The notes beneath the pieces were generated by a model. It ran no database searches. It had not been told where the DNA came from and saw nothing but the letters and a program-made list of their open reading frames with translations. This document shows, piece after piece, positions 36,706 to 49,900 of a DNA stretch of 64,000 bases. The first letter of the stretch is position 1, and each line of letters starts with the position of its first letter. Origin of the DNA: Cyanophora paradoxa CCMP329 (Eukaryota; Plantae; Glaucophyta); contig QPMI01000005.1 in the NCBI GenBank assembly GCA_004431415.1, forward strand, positions 62,001 through 126,000, written 5' to 3'. The position numbers and the translations under genes are program-made.

Positions 36706-36813
36706 TATCGATTTGTGATTACTCTGCTATCTCTTGAAGTTACTACCTACGTATACGGGCCCAACTTGGCAAGTACGGGGGGCTCGCCCCGGCCCAACGT
36801 AGTCTCTCAAAAA
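36706..36813 (+). mobile_element. Second copy of the LINE-like 3' end
   Basis: atttgtgatt.ctctg.tatctctt...tactacctac...tacggggggctcgcccc...cgtagtctctcaaaaaa matches 15126-15203. Confidence 0.6.
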
Positions 36814-36999
36814 ACGTATATATATCATAGTATTGCTTTGCAATTGTTCACGATCAAGCCTTTAATTCCGAGGTTACTTCTACAGGCCAGACCTTGGCCC
36901 AGTACCCCGGTGTACATGTATGGCTTTCGGACCCGGACTCCGGCCTAGTTCAACGGTTCTAATTTCGGTTCTAATCTCAGAATTAACGCCTGGTATCTT

Positions 37000-37775
37000 C
37001 CGCCCCGCCCTGCGAGCCGCGCCGCCGCCCGCAGCGCCTCTGTCCCGCCCGGCGAGCCGCGCCGCCGCCCGCAGCGCCGCCGCACGCCGCGCCTCCGCCC
37101 CGCCCGGCGAGACGCGCCGCCGCCCGCCGCGCCTCCGCCCCGCCCGACGAGACGCGTCGCCGCCCGCCGCGCCTCCGCCCCGCCCGTCGAGCTGCGCCGC
37201 CGCCCGCAGCGCCTCCGTCCTGCCCGGCGAGACGCGCCGCCGCCCGCCGCGCCTCTCAGAGAGTCTGTCCGCCCGGCGAGCCGCGCCGCCGCCCGCAGCG
37301 CCTCCGCACGCCGCGCCTCCGCCCCGCCCGGCGAGACGCGCCGCCGCCCGCAGCGCCTCCGCCCCGCCCGACGAGACGCGTCGCCGCCCGCAGCGCCTCC
37401 GCCCCGCCCGACGAGACGCGTCGCCGCCCGCAGCGCCTCCGTCCCGCCCGGCGAGACGTGCCGCCGCCCGCAGCGCCTCCGTCCCGCCCGGCGAGACGTG
37501 CCGCCGCCCGCCGCGCCTCCGCCCCGCCCGATGAGACGCGTCGCCGCCCGCAGCGCCTCCGTCCCGCCCGGCGAGACGTGCCGCCGCCCGCAGCGCCTCC
37601 GTCCCGCCCGGCGAGACGCGCCGCCGCCCGCAGCGCCTCCGTCCCGCCCGGCGAGCCGCGCCGCCGCCCGCCGCGCCTCCGTCCCGCCCGGCGAGACGCG
37701 CCGCCGCCCGCAGCGCCTCCGTCCTGCCCGGTGAGACGCGCCGCCGCCCGCCGCGCCTCCGCCCGGCCCGGCGAG
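37000..37775. repeat. 40-bp GC-rich minisatellite (~19 copies)
   Basis: Unit gcgcctccgtcccgcccggcgagacgtgccgccgcccgca. 'c(a/c)gcgcctcc' recurs every 40 nt from 37351 to 37751. Confidence 0.95.
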
Positions 37776-38512
37776 CCGAGAATCCGCTCCGGGATCCGCA
37801 CGGCGCGTAAGGGCCATATGCTGCTGATCATGATCATGAACTGAATCTTGTCAAGGCCTAGCTATAGGGCCGGGGCGCACGCTACTCCTTGTAGTCTTGA
37901 AGTTGTACATGTAGAGGGCGGGCGTCGAAGAGAGGCGCCTTCTTTACGTCTTCGAGCACATTGAGCACAGTGGAAGCCGCCGTCTTCACGTCTTCGAGCA
38001 CATTGCGCGTCTTCGAGAAGCTGCGAAGCCGCCGGCGCAGATGCGTTGAAACTATCACCGGCACATAGCTAGCGCTGCCGGGGTGCTGTTCTCATCTACC
38101 GTTCTATGAGCCGTGCGCCGCGTGCGCCGTGTGGTGTGCACACGCGTGACACGCGGTCACACGCCAGGCGCCCGGGTACGGGCGCGGACAGATGATTCAG
38201 TTGTACCCAGACACAACCTCGCGAAACCTGGCGGGGCACAGCCACCATCTCTAGAGCACGAGCTGACGCACCTAAATCCCCTCCTCTGCGATATTGAAGG
38301 TTTCAAATCGCCCCGGCGGAACAGCTGGCCAGAGTTGTCAACGAGGGAGCGCTTAGCTGGAAGGCCGCTCGCGCAGGTCGGCAACTGCCTATAGCTAAGT
38401 TTCCTTCGTCTCCTGGGCGTGGCCCGTCTTAGCCGGCAACCGGCCAGCTGAGGACATTTAGCGGGGACAGGCGAGGCACGGACGCGGAGGACTTTGAAAC
38501 CATCCGCATACC

Positions 38513-41500
38513 ATGTCAGCACTGTTCAAGACACGGCCGATGAGCGGGGGCACGCGCTCGGCCGCCGCGCTCTCGGACTCGGCGGCGCTGGGGCTCCCCC
38601 GGAAGAAGGAGCGGACCTATGACAAGCGGAAGGAGGCGCGGACCATCGACTTGCTCTCCTTCGACGAGTCGGATCCCATCAAGCCCATCATCACGTCCCC
38701 GCGCTCGAAGACAGCGCTCAAGCAGCACGGCATCACTGTGAGCTGCAACTCGCGGGCTGCGGGGGCTCGGGCGCGCTCTAACGCGCTCGCTCGCTCTCTG
38801 CAGGAGGAGGAGCTCGTGTACAAGCCGCCCGAGTCGTTCTACGAGCCGGGGCTGACAATGGAGCTGGTGCAGCGCAAGTTCGACTTTGTGCGCGCTCGCT
38901 CGCGCCGCCGCCGCCTCCCTTCGAGGCGCTGGCCTCGGCTGACCGCGGACCGCCCGCGTCCTCAGTTCGAGAGCCGCCGCCTTGACAAGCTCGCTCGGGT
39001 CCGGAGGACGTACGAGGAGCTTCGGGCGCGGTCCGCGACTGAGGACGCCGCCAAGATGACCGACCCGGCGGCCGCGGCGGCAGCAGCAGCCGCCGCCGCG
39101 GCCGCGCAGAACTCGCCCTTCTCGAACATGGACGCGGCCGGGAAGCCCAAGGCCGCGGCGCTCTCGGCGACGGACAAGGCGATCGGGAAGCTGAAGGAGA
39201 CGCTGGAGGAGGCCGAGAAGCGGCGGCAGGAGCGGCAGCGGCGGCTGGACCTGGTCGAGCAGCGGAGGCGGGAGAAGGAGGAAGAGGACAAGCGGCGCGC
39301 CCTGGAGGAGATGCAGAGGCGGGAGGAGGAGCAGGTGCTTTGGAGGGGCATTAGATCTAGAATCTTAAATTCCGAAGCACATCATATCTAGATCTAAATT
39401 TAGCTTAAGCTAAGGCCCTAAGGGCCTAAGCTTCCGTTGTACATCAGACCCCGATCAAGATCTACATCTAGATCTAAAACAACCCTCCCTTTGCGGAAGG
39501 GAGGTAGGGGAGGGAGTGAGGAGGTTCTTCGGGGGCTCCCCGCCTAAGCTTCCGCATTATAACCGGAGCACATCAGATCTAGATCTAGATCTAGAACAGC
39601 CCTTTAGGTACGGATCTAGATCCCGGCCCGCCCCGGCCCGCTTTGCCTTCGGCTCGGCTCGGCTTAGCTTCGCCTTCGGCCTTGGCCGGGCAGGCGGCGC
39701 GGGAACGCGCCATCAAGAAGCACTACAAGGAGTGGTCCCGCAAGCTCCAGGAGGACGCGGTTCGCGTACCCCCCTTCTCCTTCCTCGCCGTACCCCCTAA
39801 CTTTCTCCCTTCTTCCCCGCAGCGGGCGGCGGTGGAGGAGAAGCGGCAGCGGGAGGAGGAGGCGCGGCGGCGGGCGACGGAGGAGCGCCGGGCGTGCGTC
39901 CCGCCGACCCGTCCCGAGTCTCTAAGCCTCCAGGCCAGGGGCCGGGCCAGGCCAGGCCAGGCCTTGCCTCGGGCCCCATCCGGGCGTGCTTCTTAAGCCG
40001 AGCGAGAGAGCTTAATGCGGGCGTGCCGGGCCGGGGTCTGAGTCCGGGCGGGGCGGGGGGCGCAGGTACCTGCAGACGCTGGACAACCCGGAGCGGGCCA
40101 TCAAGGAGCGCGAGCAGGTCGTCAAGAAGCGCTACCAGCAGGTCCGCGGGCTAGGCTTGTAGAGGGGCCGAGGGATCATCGGGCCGGGCCGGGTCGGGCC
40201 GCAGGTGGGGCGGCGGGGCGGCGGGGCGGGGCGGCGGGGCTAGGCTAGCCTACGCTAGGCGGGGCGGGGCGGGGCGCGCGCCCCCCCGCTCGCGGCTGGG
40301 CTGGGCCGGCCGGCTGACGGGCGGACGGTCGGCTGGCGGCAGGTCGAGACGCAGCGCGTCCGCAAGCAGGTGGACGAGGACAGGCGGGCCGAGGAGGAGC
40401 GGAAGCAGGTGTGTACCCCCCTACCCCCTCTTCTCCTTCCCCTCCCTCCCCTCTCCTCCCCCCTCCCCCTCACTCCTACCCCCCTTCCCGCTCGCAGCGG
40501 TACGAGATGATCGCTGCGCTGGAGCGCGAGGAGCAGGAGAAGGCCGCCCGCATCCGCGAGCAGGTGCCCGGGGCGCGGGGGTACGGGGGCGGGCGACGGG
40601 GGCAAGGGGGGCGCCAGGCTAGCTAGCCGGCTTGCTAGCCGGCTAGCCCTTCAGCTGCGGGGCGGACTCGACAGCTAGCTTCTTAAGCTATGCTGCCCTA
40701 TCCTAGGCTAGCTGAGCTGTTCGCTCGGCCCTTAAAGGCGCTTAGCGAAGCGGGCCCATCCGTACCCCCCCGGACCCCTAGCCTGCCCTGCAGCTAGCTA
40801 GCTGGCTAGACGTCCCCGTAGGCTGCGGGGCGGGACCCGGACAATGCAGCTCATGGGTCAGACCTGTGCTGCCCTAGCCTGGGCTAGCTAAGCTTTCCCC
40901 CCTAGGCTGCGGGGCGGGCCCCGGGGTACGCGGCTCACGGCGAGCACCCCCCCCCCCCCCCCCCCTTTCAGGTGGAGCGGATGCGGCTGGAGGCGATCGC
41001 GGCGCGGGCCAACCGCAGGAAGGAGAAGGAGGAGCACGTGAAGAAGGCGCGCGCGGGGCCCGGGGCGAGGCAGGGGCGGGGGCGGGGGCGCTGGGCGCCG
41101 GGGGGCCCCAGCGGGGCGCGGCGCGGCGCGGCGCGGCGTGGCGCTGAGAACGCGGCGCGCGCCCACGCGCCGCGCTCCTCGTCTAATCTCCGCCGCGCTC
41201 CTCGTCTCACCCCCCCCTTCCCCGGCCCTCAGGAGCTGGAGGCTATGGAAGCGGAGGCGGAGCGACGGCGGCGCGAGATCGAGGAGCGCAGCGCCGAGGA
41301 GGAGCGCGCGCGCAAGTGCGCCCGTCCTCCGCTGTCTGTTAGGGGCTCCCTGGGGGGCTTCAGTTGGGTCTTTTACGGGCGTTCTTACAGGCAGTCACTC
41401 GCTTTCTTTCCTAGGCTTTCTAGGGGGCTCTCTTAGGGGCTGTCTGTCTGTCTCTCTCTGCCAGGGGCCCTCTGGGCGCCGCCGGCTGACAGGGGGGGAT

Positions 41501-43988
41501 GACTTCGTTTGCATGCAGGGAGCGCGAGGCGCAGGCGGCTAAAGAGGCGCGGGAGCGGCAGTGCGTACCCCCCGCCCCCCGCGCCGCGCCCCCCCCATCG
41601 GATTCGCGGCGGCCCCCGCCCCGCCCCGCACTCAGATGGGAAGACGGGCTCGTTCTCACACGCGGCGCGGGGCGCAGGCGGCGGGAGGACGATCGGGCGC
41701 GGCGGCGCGAGATGGTGCGGGCGCGGGAGGAGGCCGCGAGGGCCCAGGTGCCGCCGCCGCCCCCGCCCCTCCTGCCGCCGCCGCCGCCGGCCTAGTGCGA
41801 GAGACTTAACAAGACTCTTAACAAGGAAGGCGGAAGCTTAATTAAGAGGACTGACGCGCGCGCCCGCCTGCCCGCCCCCGCGCCGCGCGCAGAGGCAGCA
41901 GGTCTTCGTGATGCACCAGCTGCAGGCCGACCGGCTGCTCCAGGTTCGGGCGTACCCCCGCCCGCCCGGCCGCGGTCGCCCCTCCAGCCTAGGGGGAGCA
42001 GGGCCCCGGGGCCCATCCCCCCCCCCCCCCCCCTCCTCCTCTGGCGCCCTCCTAGCCTGCCGCCTGCCGCCGCCGCTCATCGGCTCCTAGCCGGCCCTAG
42101 CCGGCCCCCGGCCCCGCCGTGCTCCACGCGCCTAGCGCCTCGAGGCCGCCGCTGCGCCTTAAGGGGACCCGCCCCCCACCCCCGCACCCACCGCGCCGCG
42201 TCGCGCCCCGCCACTCGAGCTCCCCCGCCCGGGGCGCCCGGGGCCTCCCCCCCCCCCCCCCCAGGGGGGAACGCCGACGACTTCGTTCGCGCAGGCGACG
42301 CAGGAGGCGCAGCGGCGGGAGGTGCTCGGGCGCTCCCTCGAGATGCGCCTCGACATGGCCGCCAAGCAGGTGCGGGCAAGGCCCAGACTAGTCCTGGGGC
42401 GGGGCGGGCCTGAGCTAAGCCTGAGCCTAGATTCCTTCTTTCTAGAGGGACGGGGAGGCCCTAGCCTGGAGGGGCGGCCTGGCCGAGCCTAGTCCTGAGC
42501 CTAGAAGCCTTCATGATCAAGGCCGAAGGCCCAGACTAGCCCTGGGGCCGTCCTTGCTAGGAATGGCGAGCGCGGAGGGCTAGTCGCCACGGGGCCCGGG
42601 CCGGGGACTTGGGCCGTCCCCAATAGAGCGGGGTCCCTAAGCCCTTCGGAGACATGGCCTCCAAGCCGGGGTCCCTAAGGCCCGGCTTGGCCTAGCCGGG
42701 CGGCCTGGCCTAGCCTAGAGGGGCGGCCTGGCCTAGCTCAGGGGGCGGCCTAGCCTGGGGGGGGCAAGCAGGTGCCCCGCCCCGCCCCGCGGTGGGCCCA
42801 GTCCTGGGGAGGGCCGGGCGGGCCTAGCCTAGCCTAGCCTAGTCCTAATAAGCCTAGAGGCTTTCAGAAGCCTTCCCCTCGGCCAGCCTAGAGGCCACGC
42901 GGCTGCCTAGGGCGGGCCGGGGCCGGGGACTCTGGGGCCGTCCTCCCCGTTAGAGCGAGGCCCCTGGGCCTTCCGGGGGCTTCTCGCGGAGTCCAGAGGC
43001 CGAGGGGCCCTAGACTTGGACTTGGACGCCACGGGTCCCCCTAGGGCGGGCCCGGGCCGGGGACTGGGGCCGTCCCCGCTCGAGCGAGAGGTCCAGAGGC
43101 CGAGAGGAGTCTATGCGGTCCTGGGCCTAGCATAGCAAGGCTTGAGGCCTAGCCTAGCAAGGCTTGAGGCCCCTAGGCCCTCCTGAGGCCCCCCCTAGCT
43201 ATACGGTCCTGAACCTAGCTTAGCTAGCAAGGCTTGAGGCCCCTATCTAGGCTTAAGGCTCCTAGGCTCAAACTATAGTTAGACCCCGCGCGCGGCGGCT
43301 CTCGCGACTAGAACTCGATCCCGCATCTCTAAGCCTCGGGCTCGAGACCCTCCTGACCTCGCGACCCGACAACCGAAGGACGAGTTCGAGCGGCGGCAGC
43401 GGATGCTGGACTACGAGCTGGAGCGGGTGCGGGAGCGGATCCAGGACAAGGAGCGCCGCATCGAGGAGCGCCGCCGCCTCTACGTCGACTTCATCGCCCA
43501 GCGCCAGGTCCGGGGGGGTACGGGGGAAGGGGGGGTACGCGGGACGATCGAGTAGGCGGGGGGGGGGGCGTGGTTCAAAAAAAGACGAGGGGGGGGGAGG
43601 GATCGGGGCCTTCTAAGTCATAACTAGAGCTGAGGCCGCCGCTCGGCCACTCGGCCGCTCGGTCGCTGGCTCGCGCCCCGCCTCCTTCGGGGCCTTAAAG
43701 CTTCCCAAGGCCTGGAGCCGAGTCCGGCCGCTCGGTCGCTGGCTGGCGCCCCGCCTCTAATCTGACCCGGCGGCCGGCGGCAGGAGGCGCAGAAGGGCAT
43801 CCTCCTACAGAGCGACCACACCCGCTCCGCCGAGTTCAGGTGAGTCTGAGCCGGCCCGGCGCGCCCGCGCCCGCCCGCCCGCCCGCCCGCGCTCGGGTGA
43901 TCATGGCATGGGCGGGCCCGTCTGACCGCGCGCGCGCGCGCCTGGCAGCCGCCGGCCGCAGAGCTCTCCCGGCACCCGCAGGAGTTGA
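38513..43988 (+). CDS. CCDC177/CCDC185 (DUF4659)-like charged coiled-coil protein
   Basis: N-terminal IDLLSFDESDPIKPIITSPRSKTALKQHGIT|EEELVYKP...FESRRLDKLARVR resembles the DLxxFD...TSPRS motif of the CCDC177 family. E/R/K-rich coiled-coil exons follow. The probable last exon SRRPQSSPGTRRS* ends at 43988. The family call is from memory, not from a search. Confidence 0.7.
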
Positions 43989-44754
43989 TCCCGATGCCGA
44001 GGACCAGCGGACCGCCCCGTCCGCAAAGCAGCCGAGCGAAACCGCGCCCAGGCAGCCGCAGCTGCACGTCGTAGGCGTAGCTATAGGTATCTCTATGAGA
44101 TCTGGATTGAGAGGTAGCACTTGCAATTGGCCGGGGGGGGTGGGGGTGCTATTGGCACTGCCAGCTAGCTGCTGCTGCTGCTGGCGGGGCCCGGAGGCAT
44201 ACGCATGCAGGTGCACGTGCAGCCCCGGCGCGGCCGCGCCAGGTGCACCGGGATCATCGGATCCGGGTCCGAGGACCGGGCCCGGTCGATCGGTTATCGC
44301 CGAGTCGCGCCGCGGCGATCGATATCGATGTCAAGGAATTCGAAACACTAATTATATATATAAATTTATCGCGAAATTCGGAAGTTGAAGTATAGTGCTC
44401 ACGAACGACGCCTCACTGGGCTCACTCAGGCATGACCGCCGGACCGAGGGATGAAGCCGCTGAGCCGCCCGCCGCGCCCGCCACGCCGTGACGGCGTTGA
44501 TCATGACGCCGGATCATCGGATCATATATATGCATGACACTTCATGCACGATGATCGCCGAGTCGTGATCATAATCATGATCATGAATTCGAAAAACTTG
44601 CGATTGACGGTGGATTGCAAATTGGGATCCGATCCGGAGCCGCTGCCGCTTCTAGTGATACTAGTAGGCTAAACCCCGGCCGGCGCCCGGCACCGGAGTC
44701 GACGACTGATCATGAGTGACTCGACATAGAGTCGGCGCCGGCGTCGAGCGAGCC

Positions 44755-44790
<36 letters not shown>

Positions 44791-44929
44791 ACCTCCACCT
44801 CCACCACGTGCATGGTGCACCACCACCACCAAGTGAAGAAACGGCGCAGTTCATCGATTAATATATATATATTGCCAGGATTGCAAAAATCAATTGATGA
44901 CACATACTGCATACATTAAATTGCAATTG

Positions 44930-45620
44930 TCGGCGAACTCGCAAGAAGAAGCCTGCAGCTGCGCTTTCGCGCTCAGCACGCCTCGAAGTCGATCGCGAGG
45001 CCCTCGTCGGCGGCGAGCATCTGCAAAATTAAAAGGATATCAGCCCAAATTGAAGTCTGCCGGCGGCGGCGCCGATCGCGAGCAGAGCCCATCATGGCAT
45101 GGCCACGTGCACCGCAGCCTCGGCCTCCGTCTCAGCGTCGAGCTCGGCCGCGTCCATGGCGAGCTCCGCCTCCGCCTCCTCAACGCTCACGACCTGCGAT
45201 TCGAAAATTCGCGCGCGCACGTATGCACGGTCAGGCCTAGCAGCGCTGTGCACCTCGGGCAATTGCAACGCGCATGCGCACCTGAGACTCGGAGTCGAGC
45301 GCTAGCGCGTTTGCGAAGTTCTTGCATGCTCCAACTGAGCTATACTTGAACGACTTGACTCCCTCGACCGTGTTCTTGCAGACGGTCGAGTGCGCGTCGG
45401 TGGGGCCGTATTTGGCTTCGGATTTGACCTCCAGGTTCGTTCCGTCGGTTTTGCAGTCCGCCAGCGTGTAGCAGTAGACATCTTCGAATTCCCCAGGCAG
45501 TTATGATCAGTAAGCAACATTAACAATTGCAAGCAACGGACAGGGGACCAGGCGGGGCCCGCGCACGGAACTGAGGGATCCACGAGGGAACACCACGGCT
45601 CATCTCGTCACGGCGTCGGT
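44930..45620 (-). CDS. Paralog or fragment of the Cys-rich repeat gene: one module plus acidic tail
   Basis: EDVYCYTLADCKTDG...STVCKNTVEGVKSFKYSSVGACKNFANALALDSESQ|VVSVEEAEAELAMDAAELDAETEAEAA|MLAADEGLAIDFE. It has the same C-[YF]-x4-C...C..xS[FV]K....G.C pattern and acidic tail as 15200-15630. It may be a pseudogene. Confidence 0.5.
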
Positions 45621-46374
45621 GGATCCGGAGTACGTGTATAGGACTGTGAGGTGGGCCCGGCCCGGCCGCGTCGGATTGCCTTAGAAGAAGCGCGCAGAAC
45701 TAGCTTCCGAAGTTAGGGAATCGGGAGTGACAGCGCGCAGGATCAATTTATACTGGGTTAAAGGCAAGCGCGCAGCCTCGAGCTCCTGCCAGCCTGCAGC
45801 ACTGATCATGATTCATGAGCATGCGCAGCTGCGGCGCCGGGCCGCCGGCGCACCTGGGGGTTTATTTGTTTTGCAGTACTTTCGGCGGTACTTCGCGTTG
45901 TTTTAACTTTTGAACAGGCTCTAACCACCCTCGCGGCCGCGGGGTCCTAGGGAGTCGCGGACTCCCGGGAGTCCGCGACTCCCCAGGCCGCGGTCCGCGC
46001 GCGGCGCCGGCCGGCCTAATTAATAAGCCGCCTAACGTATAAGTTGGTATACTAGTAACGGGCCTTTCAAAGTTTATAAAGGCGGCCTTCCGGCAGGCCT
46101 AGCCTAGAAGGCGCCGCCGGCCCTGCCAGGCTGCGAGGAGGTCGATCTAGGCGCGCGGCGAGACCAAGATGCGCGCGCGAAAAGAAAAGCGCGCCGGTCA
46201 CACACACACCGGGTTGTCGGCGCGCTCGCCGAGTCGCTGCGCGCGCGCGGCGGGGCGGCGCCACACCACGCGCGAGGCGGCGCGGGGCGCGGAAGTTCTC
46301 GGAACTTGTCGGCGCGGCGACTTGTCGCCCAATTGCAAGTTGTCGGAAGGCGATCCCGGAGTCCTGGCGCCGGC

Positions 46375-46495
46375 ACTCCAGAGCGACCATGCCTGGCCCG
46401 CCCCGCCGAGTTCAGGTGAGTCTGAGCCGCGCGCTCATGATCAGGCGATCATGATCATGATCGGGCCCGCGTCCGTCCGACGGTTTGACCGCGCA
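46375..46495 (+). pseudogene. Short decayed duplicate of the penultimate exon/intron of the CCDC177-like gene
   Basis: cagagcgacca...ccgccgagttcaggtgagtctgagccg matches ~43808-43853. Confidence 0.75.
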
Positions 46496-46958
46496 TGCGC
46501 AGCATTAAAATATCATAGTATTGTTGTTCGATCTGCAGGCTGCAGCTGCAACCGTTGAACTGATCGATATCATGACGCGCGCGGGCTCCTGATCACGACA
46601 ACGCAGATGTGCGCATGCGCATGCCCACAGCACGCGGGGCAGCTGTACGCGTGGACGCCGGCGGCAGTACCGGTGCACGAGTGCGGGCGGGAGGAGGCGA
46701 GGCTCGAGCTCGAAGGCGGTCCCACCGCCGCGGTCGCTGAGCTGGCCAGTGGCTCGGGACTCAAGCTTCGAATTCCAGCTCGGCGGGGGCGCGCGCCGGC
46801 GGCGACGGCACTGCGGCGGTCGAGAGCATGGAGCAGCTGGAGGACGAGGTGCGGTGGACTTCTAGACCTCTGAGATCTTTAATCTAGCTTGCAATTGCTA
46901 TAGGAAAGGCCCATCGATATTTAGCGCGAGCAATGTCTGTTTGTTTGTTCTCGCGCGG

Positions 46959-49900
46959 CTACAAGCGGAGGAGGGCGCGCAGGTCGCCCAGGTCGAGGTC
47001 CACCACAGCCGCCCCTAGAACGTCCGCCTGCCGAGTCGGGGGCGGGCGCCGCTCAGATTCATTCGGCGAGTCTGGATCTAATTATAGACTCTTGATGAAA
47101 GGGGTACCTTCGTGGCGGGGTGCGAGACGCCGTCAGCGAGGGCCTGCGCGGAGTATGGAAGGGTCAAGGGGGAGGGGGGGGTACGGGAGCGAAGCGCTGG
47201 GGGGATACCCACCCGCAGGAGGGCGATGGCGGCGGCCTCGCCCTCCGAGGGGCCCTCCCCGCCCCCGCAGAAGTAACTGCCGGGGTACAGGTGGGCGGGC
47301 GGGTACAGGAGAAGGGAGGGGAGGGGGGGGGTACCGGAGGCCGGGGTCCAGCATTTCGTCCGAGATGACCAGGACGCACCTGCGATAGATCAGCGGGGGT
47401 ACAGGCCGGAAAGATGAAAGGGGGTACAGCGCACTTTGCGATGCAGCGGGATACGGCGACGTTGAGCCGGCGGTGGTTGAGCACGTGGCTGTTCGCCGCG
47501 AGCGTCTCCGGCGCCCCGTACGCCCCTGCAGGGGTACGTGAACGGCGGGAAAGGGGGGGGGGCAGGCCGGAGGGGGGTACGGCACCGTAGGAGACGATGA
47601 CGACGGGGGCCTCCTGGCCCTGCGCCTTGTCGATGGTCCGGGCCGCGCTCGCCAGCTGCCCCGCACGGCCCGCCGTTAAGCGAAAAGGAGCGGCGAACGA
47701 TATCAAGTCGGTCGATCGGGGGGCTCGCCTCGGGGGCCCGGGCCCGGATCAGGGCCTTGATCTTGTGCGTGCGTGTCAGGACGAACCTGCCGACCGCCGC
47801 CGCTCAAAAGAAAGAAAAAGACAGGGGGAGGGCGGGGGGGGGGGGGGGTAGATGGGCTGGGTTACACGCACACGTCGCCCTCGGGGGGTCCCTCCCCCCC
47901 CGCCGCGATCGCCCCCTCGTCCCCCACCGTGCTCGCCCCCTCCCCGGGGTCCTCCCCCCCCTCCTCCTCGTCTTCGTCCCCCCCTCCCGCCGAGTGCCCC
48001 GCGGGCGAGGGCGGCGGCACAGGGGCCGCCGGGGGCGGAGGGGCCACCAGCGCCGGAGCCGCACGCAGAACGGCCCCCGCGGCGCCTGTACGAGAGGTCG
48101 GGTACAAAGGGCGGGGGAGGGGGGGGGGACCGGGGACGCACGGGCGAGCTCGGCGACGAAGGCGGCCTCGATCTCCTCCTGCCGCCCGAGTACCCTGCCG
48201 AGCTCCGGCCTCAGGCGCTTGAAGGGGGAAGAGAAGGGGTAGGGGTACGAGGAGAGGAGGGCGCACGCGTCGGCGGCGGGCGGGGCGGGGGTACGGAGCC
48301 GGACGACGACGAGGGGCGACTCCGTTCGCAGGACGCGCTCGAGGATCGGGCCGAGAGGCCCCGCAAAGGGGTGCCCGGGGGGTACGACCAGCGCGTGCCG
48401 CCCCTCATTTTGATCTGCTTCGTCGATCTGTTAAGGGGTACGGCGTTTGAGGATAGGGGGTTGGGGGGTACGGCACCGGCGAGGCGGTAAGGGCTCGGGT
48501 GCCCGCGGTAGATCGCGGCCTCGAGGAGATCCGTTAGCCCCGCCGGGCAGCGGTACCCCTGCCACCGCCCGCCTCTCAGAAGGGGGTACAAGAAAGAGAC
48601 GGGGAAGAAGGGGAGGGGGGTACGCGCTTTGCAGAACATGGTGCGGCCCTCGGGGGCGAGGGCGCGGCGGAGAACGCAGAAGAGGGATTCCAATTCGACG
48701 AAGCCCGCGTCGGGGCAAGGGGACGGGCCCTCCCGCGGCAGCTTCCAGATCGGCTCCAGCCTGCCCCATTGAGGGTTGGGGGAGGGGTACGGAAATGCAC
48801 GGCGGGGGGGCGGGGGGGTACGCACTGCTCGTCGTCGCCGACGAGGAGGAGGCGGCCGGCGGGGGCGAGGCGCTCCAGGGCTACCGAAATCAGGAACTGG
48901 GTCATCTGTGCATGGGAGGGGGGTACGGATCAGCGCGCGGGAGTGGGGGGAAGATGGCGGGGGGTGCGTGCGCGCCTGGGAGGCCTCCTCGACAATGACG
49001 TAGTCGAACCGGAGGTCCTTGAAGGAAGGGGGGTACGTGTCAGCGCGTGCCGCGCGCTCCCCCCTAGGCTAGCCTAGGCTAGTCCATAGTGGAGCTGACG
49101 TGGAGTCTCCAGCCGAACGGGGCAGAGTGGAATGGGCTGGCCTCTCTAGCATCTAATCTCTAGCATCTAGCCTCTAGCCTTCAAGCCGCCCGGCGCGGCT
49201 CTCACCTTGAAGGAGGGCCCGACATACAACTTGGGCGGCTTCTAGCCTCTAGCCCTCTAGCCTAGTCTAGTGTACCAGACGGACTGGAGTGGAATGGACG
49301 AGCCTCTGGTCTCAGGCCTCCAAGCTAGGCTGGGCTAAGCTCCGAATCTGCCGCGCGGCTCTCACCTTGAACGGGGGCCCGAGGTGGGACTTGGGCGGCT
49401 TCTTCGAGTCGAGGCTCAGCAGCTGCGTGCGGGGCGGCACATGATCAGCGGCCGGCGAGCGGCGCGAACGAAGCAGACCCGGGGCGGGGCGGGGCGGGGC
49501 TCGGCTGCTGGGGGCGAGGCGGCCAAGCGGCCGGAGAGCGGCGCAAGGCGGGTACGTAGAAAGCGGGCCCAGGGGCGGGGCGCTAGCGGAACGCCGCGGG
49601 GCGGGGCAGGGGCGGGGCGGGGCGGGCTCGCCGCCGTTCCCGGTGGGGCGGGTGGGCGGTTGGGGGAGCGGTTCCTCTAGCGGCCGCGACGCTCACGGCG
49701 AATTCTACAGATGAAGACATAAGGAAGAGCCGGCTTAAAGGCCGCGGGAGCCGCGAAGGAAGCAGCGACCGCGCCGCGTACAATTGTTGAGCGGCGCGCT
49801 CGCTCGTGGATAAATACCTGCCATGTGGTGCAGAGGTGGACGAGGCAGCCGAGGGCCGGCGGCCGCCCCGCGCTGAACGTGAACGCCGAGCGCGATTTCC

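Noticed and set aside
36920-37844. ORFs across the minisatellite
   Set aside because: The 40-bp period is not a multiple of three, and frames are open only because the DNA lacks A/T.
42400-43300. Telomere-like or satellite repeats (cctag/gccta runs)
   Set aside because: They are irregular, intronic and lack a fixed period. They fit palindrome or slippage expansion better.
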